DNA of 20,192 bases from positions 1-20,192 of the forward strand of contig NZ_JHXR01000032.1 of NCBI RefSeq assembly GCF_000621645.1, given 5' to 3'. The stretch comes from Vibrio cholerae ATCC 14035 (lineage in GTDB: Bacteria; Pseudomonadota; Gammaproteobacteria; Enterobacterales; Vibrionaceae). The notes under the pieces are model-generated. The model did no database searches and had not been told where the DNA came from. It saw only the letters and a program-made list of their open reading frames with translations. The position numbers and the translations under genes were made by a program. This document shows, piece by piece, positions 12,392 to 19,183 of the stretch; the stretch's first letter is position 1, and each line of letters begins with the position of its first letter.

Positions 12392-12868
12392 ATGCCTTAC
12401 TACAGTAAAAATGCAGAACGTGCCGCTTTAATTGGTTGCACACTACAACAACTTAAAAAACTTAACGTGCAGTTTTTAAATATTAAATATAGATGCGGTC
12501 GATTAAAAGGTTATGAAACCTGCCAGTTTAAATTAGGAACCTTTGACGATTTTATTGAATGGATTGCCTCGCAAGGTGGATACAAAACAAGTCCTCACGG
12601 TCATGCATACCACGTCAGCCGCATCCGAGATCAAGGTGATTACGAATATTCAAACATCAGATTTTGTAGTCACGCAGAGAATTTAAGAGAGACTGCTCAT
12701 TTTTGGTTAGTTACCGACATTAAAACCTCACGTCAGGAACTATTTCAAGGAAATTTAACAACCAAGCTAAAAGAATTATTTGATGTGAGTGGCTATGGTG
12801 CTTATAAAGCCGCTGAAAGTGGTCGTTTATACAAAGGCCGATTTAAAATTGACAAGTTAAGTATTTAA
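12392..12868 (+). CDS. HNH-type homing-endonuclease-like nuclease
   Basis: AAGGAA RBS. HGHAYHVSRIRDQGDYEYSNIRFCSHAENLRE fits the H-N-N/H beta-beta-alpha-metal motif (H...N...H-x-EN). The C-terminal FDVSGYGAYKAAESGRLYKGRFKI resembles the small DNA-binding modules at the C-termini of phage homing endonucleases. Confidence 0.65.
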   Translation: MPYYSKNAERAALIGCTLQQLKKLNVQFLNIKYRCGRLKGYETCQFKLGTFDDFIEWIASQGGYKTSPHGHAYHVSRIRDQGDYEYSNIRFCSHAENLRETAHFWLVTDIKTSRQELFQGNLTTKLKELFDVSGYGAYKAAESGRLYKGRFKIDKLSI

Positions 12869-12880
12869 AAAGAGGAACAC

Positions 12881-13105
12881 ATGATAACCATTGAACTTTT
12901 AAGCAGTAAGCTTGCAATGCTAAGCCCAACAGAGCGACAAGCATTAAGGCTAATGCTAACCACAAACTTAACTAATAGTGAAATTAACAAAGAGCTAGGC
13001 GTTAGTCACAACTATGTTTACTGGCTTAAAAATGAAAGCCCACACGCTGAAACTGTGCAAATGTTTTTACAACTGAATAACAAATTTAAGGAAACAAAAG
13101 AATGA
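12881..13105 (+). CDS. Small LuxR / sigma-70-region-4-type HTH protein (74 aa)
   Basis: AAGAGGA RBS. LSPTERQALRLMLTTNLTNSEINKELGVSHNYVYWLK follows the LSxRExxVLxL...xEIAxxLgiSxxTV pattern. Confidence 0.65.
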   Translation: MITIELLSSKLAMLSPTERQALRLMLTTNLTNSEINKELGVSHNYVYWLKNESPHAETVQMFLQLNNKFKETKE

Positions 13106-13860
13106 TTACGATTAATTTAAAACTTGGTAATAGTGAAAGTATTACACGCACATATAGCCAGATTAGTATTGAAGAGTCTCGTATTATCCTTGATACCCCT
13201 ACCTCAACAGTTAACGAGACAGTATTAAGTTTTGCAAATGGTGTGCTTAGTAGTATTACGGTGACGGAACCGAAGCAAGGGGTTAGCACAATGCCGCAAG
13301 CAACCACCCGTAGTGCCGTATATGCGACGATTAGTAACAAGGGGTTGGTGCTTAACTTTACAACATACGCCATATTAAGTGCAATGCTAAGTGGTATTAG
13401 TGCGAATGCCGAGATTGTGAAGGGTTTAAAACAAAAACCTGCACAGCAACAGGTTGTTAAAAGCGCTGCACTAGGTAAAGAAACACCGGAACAAACACAA
13501 CAACGCTTACAACGTGCATTAGCAGCTAAACAAAGCAAACAAGCTAATACTGGTGTTAATAAGCAGCAAATTTACGATGAGTTAAATAAAGCTCGCAACC
13601 CTATCAAATCTGGTAAAGAACTAGCCAAAATTGCAAACACTAAACAAACAGAATTGGTTAAGTGTGGTGCAATCATGAAAGGTAATAGCGAATGGGAAGA
13701 ATTGGTTAAATACCTACAAGGTGGTGATTTTACCTACGATGCATTTGACGCCTTTTCCGATGTTTTAAAAGAGCGTGATTATTCAACATGTCTAACAAAA
13801 ATTCGTGAATTAGCAAACCGCTTAAACATTGTTAACGGTGTTATTCACCTAATCAAATAA
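13102..13860 (+). CDS. Hypothetical protein (252 aa), Gln/Lys-rich central linker
   Basis: ATGA overlap with the upstream gene; AAGGAA RBS; no family recognised. Confidence 0.7.
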   Translation: MITINLKLGNSESITRTYSQISIEESRIILDTPTSTVNETVLSFANGVLSSITVTEPKQGVSTMPQATTRSAVYATISNKGLVLNFTTYAILSAMLSGISANAEIVKGLKQKPAQQQVVKSAALGKETPEQTQQRLQRALAAKQSKQANTGVNKQQIYDELNKARNPIKSGKELAKIANTKQTELVKCGAIMKGNSEWEELVKYLQGGDFTYDAFDAFSDVLKERDYSTCLTKIRELANRLNIVNGVIHLIK

Positions 13861-13953
13861 AAGAATTTTGGGAGTGTGGTGTGTGCTCTCAGATGTTTAA
13901 GCAATACGCACCAAACATAACAACACAATACAAAATATAAGGAAAAATGAACT

Positions 13954-14838
13954 ATGACTACTACTACCAACATTTTCGACCTAGCCGCTGTAATTGCAGA
14001 ATACAAAGCAGGTTTCGAGCAATATAAAGCGGACAATAAACAATATAATGCTGATGCATACCGCCGCAAAATCGAAAGTATTAATAGCGATGCCGCACTA
14101 ACTAATGGTGCTTACCGTGATTTTGCTTATGGTTCTCAACTGTTTGAGGGTGATAAAACCCTAACAGAAATTGCCGAGATGCTTAAAACACGCACCGCAC
14201 AAACGGAACGAGAAGACGAACAAGGCTTTATTTACCCACACGTTGTTATTCAGTTTGTGTCCCCGATGACAGCTACACAATACTACGGTTTGATTGGGGA
14301 GTGTATCAAGCTAGGGTTTGAAGTGTGTCCAGACTGGCGCTTACATGTTGGAACTGGTCGCCAATTTCCCGCATGTCGATTGGTGCGCAAAGCTGAATGG
14401 TATAAGCCACATAACGAGAAGCTGATGGAAAGTCGCATTGCAGAAGCTGAAAAACACGAAGCGGAACGCCTGAAAGCTGAATACTTCAACGAACAGCGTG
14501 TGCAAGCATATGTGGAACAAGCACAACGTAAGTTTATGGCTGCACAAGCACAACAAGCCGCCATTAGCTTATCAGCCGCTATCTCTCGTGAGTTGTATGC
14601 ATCAAGTGGTTTGAGTGATGATGACCTTGCAATCGTTAACCAAAGCGATGTATGGGCGTTTAATACCCTAGCCGCACAACTGCAAGAAAAAGACCCTAAT
14701 GTAATTTCTGCAAGCTTACAATCACTAGGTTACGCAAAAGGTAAGCATAAACTTTCGGACGGTAAACAAGCTACCTTGTGGGTGAAAGATGGTGCAGATG
14801 TCACAGCACTAACCCTAGAAAGTAAGTATATTCAATAA
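13954..14838 (+). CDS. Hypothetical protein (294 aa) with a central coiled coil
   Basis: AAGGAA RBS. The segment ESRIAEAEKHEAERLKAEYFNEQRVQAYVEQAQRKFMAAQAQQAA is coiled-coil-like. No family recognised. Confidence 0.7.
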   Translation: MTTTTNIFDLAAVIAEYKAGFEQYKADNKQYNADAYRRKIESINSDAALTNGAYRDFAYGSQLFEGDKTLTEIAEMLKTRTAQTEREDEQGFIYPHVVIQFVSPMTATQYYGLIGECIKLGFEVCPDWRLHVGTGRQFPACRLVRKAEWYKPHNEKLMESRIAEAEKHEAERLKAEYFNEQRVQAYVEQAQRKFMAAQAQQAAISLSAAISRELYASSGLSDDDLAIVNQSDVWAFNTLAAQLQEKDPNVISASLQSLGYAKGKHKLSDGKQATLWVKDGADVTALTLESKYIQ

Positions 14839-14891
14839 CTCACATACTTTAGGGGAGATTGCTCCCCTACAATAATAAGATAAAAGGAAAT

Positions 14892-15101
14892 ATGAACATG
14901 AAAATGACAGCAGAACAATTTAACGAGCGTTTAGCACACATTGTAAAATGTTGGGTGGAGTTTGGTTACGAAGTGGAAACTTGGGAAGAATTTTTGGCCG
15001 CTGAATTAAAATGTATGGAGTTTCAAGCAGAATTAGTCGCCGAAGCAGAACAGCGTGTGCAGTATGCTTTAAATTCTTTAAAAACATTACAACTTAAATA
15101 A
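14892..15101 (+). CDS. Hypothetical small protein (69 aa)
   Basis: ATG 14892 (MNMKMTAEQF) follows AAAGGAAAT. The track's start at 14859 lacks an RBS. Confidence 0.6.
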   Translation: MNMKMTAEQFNERLAHIVKCWVEFGYEVETWEEFLAAELKCMEFQAELVAEAEQRVQYALNSLKTLQLK

Positions 15102-15112
15102 GAGAGGGAAAT

Positions 15113-15589
15113 ATGAAATATAGTGACACCATTATTAATAAAACTTTTACAACCGATAAAGGCGATAAAATTGTAAAAGCCGTAACACTACATGCTATTA
15201 AACAAGGTATGTTGCAATTTAAATTAGCTCGCGTTTTAGCCCCTGCGATGGGCGGCGTAGTCGATGGTATGGCAAGCAAAGATCGCACCTTAATGTACTC
15301 AACAGTGTTTAACCTGATTGCAGCAAAAGCGACAGAAGAGTTGTTTGAGGAACTACAAACTCTACTACTAGGCAGTATTTTAGATAGTAGTGGCGAACCT
15401 TTAGAAACTGTTGAACGTATTAACACTTATTTTGCTAATACCAGTATTCACCAATTTGATCTTTTAGTGTGGTTGTTTGAAAAACAACTACTAGAACCCC
15501 TCCTTAAATCTTCTGCCTTATCTGGTTTTATGCCAAAACTTAAAACTATTGCAGATAACTTTATGCAGGAAAATAAAGAGGTGGAATAA
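15113..15589 (+). CDS. Possible tail assembly chaperone-like protein
   Basis: GAGAGGGA RBS. It sits upstream of the tape-measure-like gene. The KQGMLQFKLARVLAPAMGGVVDG segment resembles some phage tail-assembly-chaperone families; the call rests on weak motif and position only. Confidence 0.4.
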   Translation: MKYSDTIINKTFTTDKGDKIVKAVTLHAIKQGMLQFKLARVLAPAMGGVVDGMASKDRTLMYSTVFNLIAAKATEELFEELQTLLLGSILDSSGEPLETVERINTYFANTSIHQFDLLVWLFEKQLLEPLLKSSALSGFMPKLKTIADNFMQENKEVE

Positions 15590-16143
15590 TGACCGACCTT
15601 TTCCCTATGCCAACGGTTAGTGTTATTGGGGAATGGTTGGAGGTAATGAGGGGTGATATTGAGGACAATATAGAGCAAATTTTAACGCTATACCTTAAAC
15701 AATTTCCAAACACCCCTACTCAAGATTTACTCACAAAAACATTCACCTACCTAGATTTTATAACCGATACATTAACAAAACATCAACGATTGTTAACTAT
15801 GGCAGAAAGTAGGATCGAAGAATTACAAACCCTACTTGCAGCCCCTGATATACCGGAACCTAAACGTGTCGAGCTAGAGAAAACCTTGTATAGTTTGAAA
15901 CAACAAAAGCAAGGTGGCAAAAAGCAACAAGCTGTTACACGTTGGTTAACTAAGCATGGTGTTGAAGTTAGCGAGATCGAAAATTGGGCTTTATATATTA
16001 GTGCTGAAAGTGGTTTAACAGTAAACGATATTTATAATAAACCGTGGGATGCGTTTATAAAGCTTAATAACACTATCGCCGTTCGCACTATGATTAGTGA
16101 AGCAATTCAACATGATGCGAGGCATCAACAACAACAACAATAA
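15589..16143 (+). CDS. Hypothetical protein (184 aa) ending in a poly-Q tail
   Basis: TAATG coupling with the upstream gene; GAGGTGGA RBS. Confidence 0.65.
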   Translation: MTDLFPMPTVSVIGEWLEVMRGDIEDNIEQILTLYLKQFPNTPTQDLLTKTFTYLDFITDTLTKHQRLLTMAESRIEELQTLLAAPDIPEPKRVELEKTLYSLKQQKQGGKKQQAVTRWLTKHGVEVSEIENWALYISAESGLTVNDIYNKPWDAFIKLNNTIAVRTMISEAIQHDARHQQQQQ

Positions 16144-16160
16144 TAATAAGAGTGTAACCT

Positions 16161-16526
16161 ATGAATTTTGTAATAACAAACCGCCAAAACTTTATAAAAT
16201 TGTGTGTTGGTGTTGTGTGTTATTGGTTTTCTATCGTTACACTCTATTTATATACATTCACCTCATTACAAAACGCCTTTTTCCCCATAACAATATCATT
16301 ATTAATTCACCTCAAAATATATAGGGTATTACACAAAAAATACCCTTGCATAAAAGAAATTAAAACTAAAGTAATTGTTAAAAAGTATATTGAAGAGGAT
16401 AACGGGAAGTTAGTCGATTTGAAGGAATGGAAGGAACAAAAAGCCAATGATGAAAACATTAAAAAAGCGGATGATGTTACTAGCAGCACAAACCCTACCC
16501 TATTTAAAAGAACTAAGGGAAGATGA
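16161..16526 (+). CDS. Small two-TM membrane protein with a charged C-terminal tail (holin-like topology)
   Basis: Hydrophobic spans FIKLCVGVVCYWFSIVTLYLYTF and AFFPITISLLIHLKIY, then a Lys/Glu-rich tail. The RBS is weak (AAGAG). Overlaps the next gene by 80 nt. Confidence 0.5.
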   Translation: MNFVITNRQNFIKLCVGVVCYWFSIVTLYLYTFTSLQNAFFPITISLLIHLKIYRVLHKKYPCIKEIKTKVIVKKYIEEDNGKLVDLKEWKEQKANDENIKKADDVTSSTNPTLFKRTKGR

Positions 16527-16782
16527 GACAGGTAATATTGTAAACGTTGATAATACCCCTAGCCAGTTAAAATACGACATTACAGCTCTTGAGGATGAGT
16601 TATATAGAGCATCCATTGCAACTATGCAAAATGATGAAGCTAAAAAGCTAGGGTTTGAATTTAGTGCAAAAGTGGATGAGGTAGCTAAATTACTTATTGC
16701 ACAGAAAGATAATTTAGATCTACAGGAAGTTATTTTTGATTTTCTTGTGGAATTTCCAGAATACAGCGAGGCGTTTAAATGA
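16447..16782 (+). CDS. Hypothetical acidic protein (111 aa) immediately upstream of the tape-measure-like gene
   Basis: AAGGAA lies 10 nt upstream; ATGA overlap with the following gene. This is the position typical of a tail chaperone. Confidence 0.6.
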   Translation: MMKTLKKRMMLLAAQTLPYLKELREDETGNIVNVDNTPSQLKYDITALEDELYRASIATMQNDEAKKLGFEFSAKVDEVAKLLIAQKDNLDLQEVIFDFLVEFPEYSEAFK

Positions 16783-18527
16783 GTAATGCAGGTGTAGTAG
16801 AGAAATTTGTCTACGAGAATATTATTGACAACCGAAAGGCTGTGCGTGGTATGCGTAAATTTGAAGAGATGACACGCAAATATAGCGCTAAAATTACAAA
16901 ACTGTTTGAAGATACAGAAAAAAGTAAACAACGTGCAATTAAAAACACAGAGAAAGAAGAAGTAAAAGCCGCTACCAAGAAATTAACAGCAGAGCAAAAA
17001 GCCGCTGCACAAGCTGAAAAGTTAAAAGCACAAGAAGCCGCCAAACTTAAAAAGTTTAATGATTGGAAGCTTGCACAATTCCGTAGTGCTGCGTTTGAGC
17101 GTTTAAGCTTAGAGCAAAAGATGGAATTGAAACGTGTGTTAAGTGCAAAACGAAGTGAGGAGGAAATCCGCGAGGAATACCGCCAAACCACCGCAATGAT
17201 GCGTAGAGAAAACCAACGCCGTGCAGCCTATGAACGCAAACAAAGCAAGATTAATAATAGTGGTGTTAAGGGTGGTTTAACAGCAGGTGCAACAGGGGGT
17301 GGTATTGTAGCCCTTGCAGGTAATCCGGCAGCTTTAGCGGCAGCCGCTGTTATTGGTGGTGGTGCGATGGCTATAAATAGTGGTAGCCAACAATTCAGGG
17401 ACACCAAGGAAGGTGCAAACCTAGTAGGCTTGGATTATAACGAGTTCGCCCAATTAGCCAACGGTTTAATAGCTGTAACGGAGACTATCCCAGACGTAAG
17501 CACCGCAGCCGACAAAATTAAAGATTTGCTAGACCGTAGCGGCGAAGTTATGGCTGACACCGTGTTCGATAGTGATAAGGGTGAGTTTGATAAGGGAGAA
17601 GGTTCGATTTTAGCTAACTTGTTGTTAAAACAGGGTGTTATAACTGGTGATAAAGAATCGTTAAATAACTTTATGAATCAATCCCCTGACAAGTTTATCG
17701 ATAGTGTTGTCAAAGCAACAGAAGGGCTAGACGCTAAACAACAAGCTTATGTCCTAGAGGCATTTGGTTCTGACTTTTATAACATTGTTCGAGGCATTCA
17801 GACTAATAGACAAGGGTTTGAGGCAGGTAAACAAAATGCTGTGCAGTTTAACACTGCAGAAATGACAGCCGCTACAGAGTTTAATAAAAGTGTTGCAAGT
17901 ATGGTTAGTGCCATTAGTAATGCCGATTTAAACATTTTTAAAAGCTTTACGGAGTTTCTGAGCCCATCGAGTCTTGCAATGTTTGGTAAGCTTGGGGAGT
18001 TGTTAAATAGTATCGCTACTCTTTTAGGTTACACATTATCTGGTGCATTAAACTTGTTATCCCCTGCTATTAACCTAGTGTTAGATGGTTTGAATTTATT
18101 ACTTGGTGGACTAACTAACGTTCAGCGTTATATTACCGAATTAACAAAATATGTAAGCGATGGTTTAACGATAGCTACCGAGTGGATTAAAAACAGTTTG
18201 AAGGGAATGTTACACGATATTTTGAACGCATTACCAGATTTTGCTAAAAAGGCGTTAGGTATCTCAACTGTAGAACAAACCCCAACTACACCTACTACCA
18301 CGACTGCACCAACTACACCAAAACCCTATAATATGACCTCGCCCACAACATACGGCGGCTACAGTGGTTATGGCACACAAAACCCTACAACCACTACAAA
18401 CCCCACAAACACAACAGCTACTGTTAATCTTGTTGTGGACGGTAACACATTAGCTACGGCGGTAGTTAATTCTGCCGTAGGTCAGGAAGGCGTTAAACAG
18501 ATTATGCATAGATCGAGACCTTACTAA
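16779..18527 (+). CDS. Tape-measure-like protein (582 aa)
   Basis: N-terminal Lys/Glu/Ala coiled coil. Gly/Ala-rich hydrophobic block GGLTAGATGGGIVALAGNPAALAAAAVIGGGAMAINSG. A second hydrophobic block LGYTLSGALNLLSPAINLVLDGLNLLLGGL. Thr/Pro-rich C-terminal linker. Largest ORF of the module. Confidence 0.55.
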   Translation: MSNAGVVEKFVYENIIDNRKAVRGMRKFEEMTRKYSAKITKLFEDTEKSKQRAIKNTEKEEVKAATKKLTAEQKAAAQAEKLKAQEAAKLKKFNDWKLAQFRSAAFERLSLEQKMELKRVLSAKRSEEEIREEYRQTTAMMRRENQRRAAYERKQSKINNSGVKGGLTAGATGGGIVALAGNPAALAAAAVIGGGAMAINSGSQQFRDTKEGANLVGLDYNEFAQLANGLIAVTETIPDVSTAADKIKDLLDRSGEVMADTVFDSDKGEFDKGEGSILANLLLKQGVITGDKESLNNFMNQSPDKFIDSVVKATEGLDAKQQAYVLEAFGSDFYNIVRGIQTNRQGFEAGKQNAVQFNTAEMTAATEFNKSVASMVSAISNADLNIFKSFTEFLSPSSLAMFGKLGELLNSIATLLGYTLSGALNLLSPAINLVLDGLNLLLGGLTNVQRYITELTKYVSDGLTIATEWIKNSLKGMLHDILNALPDFAKKALGISTVEQTPTTPTTTTAPTTPKPYNMTSPTTYGGYSGYGTQNPTTTTNPTNTTATVNLVVDGNTLATAVVNSAVGQEGVKQIMHRSRPY

Positions 18528-18985
18528 TGCAACTGAATAAACAAGCCTCGAAAGGGGCTTTTAATCAAATCAAAACCCTCACCACTTTGTTAAAACGTAG
18601 TGATAAACATGGTTTCGAGGTTGGTGTATTACAGGACAAAAAGCATAGTTCTGGTTTTAGCATTGTGGGTATAGCATGGGTTACACATAGCGGTAGTGGT
18701 AACATACCTGCAAGGGCTTGGGTGTATATTAGCAATGCTATGCATAAACAACGGCGTAATAAAGCGTTTAAAGCTGAATTTAAAAAGTTTTTACGTGGTA
18801 AGGTTACGCTTAACACTGTTTGCAATGTATTGGGTAATAAATGGGTAGACGATGATAAAAATGTATTAGGTGATCCGTTAATCCTCATGCCCAACTCGCC
18901 ACAATGGGCAGCACGTAAAGGTAAAAACACTCCCCTTGTGGAAACTGGTGAACTAAGAGACAGCATTGACCACAAAGCTATCTAA
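18527..18985 (+). CDS. Tail-completion / neck protein-like (HK97 gp10 or Mu G-like)
   Basis: TAATG coupling. The C-terminal PLVETGELRDSI matches the conserved (D/E)TG-x-LR-x-SI motif of those families, and NIPARAW resembles their P-x-RPF segment. Confidence 0.5.
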   Translation: MQLNKQASKGAFNQIKTLTTLLKRSDKHGFEVGVLQDKKHSSGFSIVGIAWVTHSGSGNIPARAWVYISNAMHKQRRNKAFKAEFKKFLRGKVTLNTVCNVLGNKWVDDDKNVLGDPLILMPNSPQWAARKGKNTPLVETGELRDSIDHKAI

Positions 18986-18990
18986 TATTA

Positions 18991-19020
18991 AAACCCTGCC
19001 TTTTTGGTGGGGTTTATTCA
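18991..19020 (+). terminator. Intrinsic terminator closing the rightward operon
   Basis: ACCCTGCC-ttttt-GGTGGGGT: an 8-bp stem with two G-U pairs, followed by TTATT. Confidence 0.55.
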
Positions 19021-19050
19021 TAAGTTATGTGACAAATATCACAATTTTCT

Positions 19051-19120
19051 GGTGTAATTTACGTGGTAATAGCTTTACTTACCTACGCATTTCCACCAAA
19101 CTCAAACACAACAACCGTAA
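19051..19120 (+). other. attR (island P half-site + AC core + VCR half-site)
   Basis: TGTAA-tttac-GTGGTAATAG-ctttacttacct (19053..19084) is the mirror image of 96..127. AC sits at 19085..19086 and VCR sequence follows. The palindrome TGTGAcaaataTCACA lies just inside at 19028..19043. Confidence 0.75.
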
Positions 19121-19183
19121 CCACTACGGCTCATTGGGACTGGAAACGCTACGCGTTGACAGTCCCTCTTGAGGCGTTTGTTA
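19085..19183 (-). repeat. VCR (attC), R''-proximal ~99 bp of the split copy
   Basis: ACGCATTTCCACCAAACTCAAACACAACAACCGTAACCACTACGGCTCATTGGGACTGGAAACGCTACGCGTTGACAGTCCCTCTTGAGGCGTTTGTTA aligns along its whole length with 19620..19717. Confidence 0.9.

Larger units (their letters stand above)
94..19086 (+). mobile_element. Integrated ~19-kb phage-satellite-like island (PLE-type organisation) bounded by attL and attR inside a split VCR
   Basis: The same AC dinucleotide sits at both junctions (94..95 and 19085..19086). Joining the outer flanks restores a 123-bp VCR; joining the inner flanks gives a dyad-symmetric attP. Contents: serine integrase, leftward 4-gene operon, 2.7-kb non-coding repeat region, and rightward replication, nuclease and tail-like genes. 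No capsid, portal or terminase recognisable. Confidence 0.85.

Noticed and set aside
12189-12443. Minus-strand ORF 12189..12443
   Set aside because: It overlaps the start of the HNH gene and the plus-strand terminator hairpin, has no RBS, and gives an AT-rich low-complexity product.
1144-14891. Longer N-terminal extensions proposed by the ORF track (int from GTG 1144, 4124 for the coiled-coil gene, repA from 8570, 14859 for the 69-aa gene)
   Set aside because: In each case an internal ATG is better placed behind an AAGGA or GGAG RBS or avoids a long overlap (1156, 4094, 8603, 14892). The extensions remain possible, and only N-terminal mapping can decide.
16097-16324. ORF 16097..16324 (plus strand)
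   Set aside because: It begins inside the poly-Q end of 15589..16143 and competes with 16161..16526. The latter gives coherent transmembrane helices, whereas this frame gives an Asn-run followed by irregular hydrophobic sequence.
16161-16782. A canonical -1 programmed frameshift (G/GT-type tail chaperone) upstream of the tape-measure-like gene
   Set aside because: The downstream frame is +1, not -1, relative to 16161..16526. The A-AAA-AAG heptamer is in phase only for the downstream frame, where a -1 shift would just terminate early. The upstream product is a membrane protein, not chaperone-like. It is kept only as a low-probability +1 slip or transcriptional-slippage note.
1187-18975. Antisense ORFs nested in longer genes (1187..1396, 2202..2567, 2962..3168, 7575..7772, 9283..9486, 10096..10305, 13086..13538, 13845..14069, 14283..14564, 14341..14556, 15094..15426, 15448..15678, 16307..16489, 16500..16931, 16811..17191, 18565..18975)
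   Set aside because: Each lies fully or largely opposite a better-supported gene that has an RBS, operon context and recognisable motifs. They lack RBSs, and their products are Cys/Ser/Leu-rich mirror-frame artefacts.
96-19084. Terminal inverted repeats (CTATTACCAC / GTGGTAATAG) as evidence for a DDE transposon or IS-bounded composite
   Set aside because: There is no transposase gene and no multi-bp target-site duplication; only a 2-bp shared AC is present. The inverted motifs sit at equal offsets from that AC, which is the expected geometry of serine-recombinase attP half-sites.
94-19086. A complete temperate prophage
   Set aside because: There is no candidate for major capsid, portal, large terminase, tail tube/sheath, baseplate or endolysin, and no P-loop ATPase motif in any product. 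At 19 kb with only a fragmentary tail module, a helper-dependent satellite fits better.
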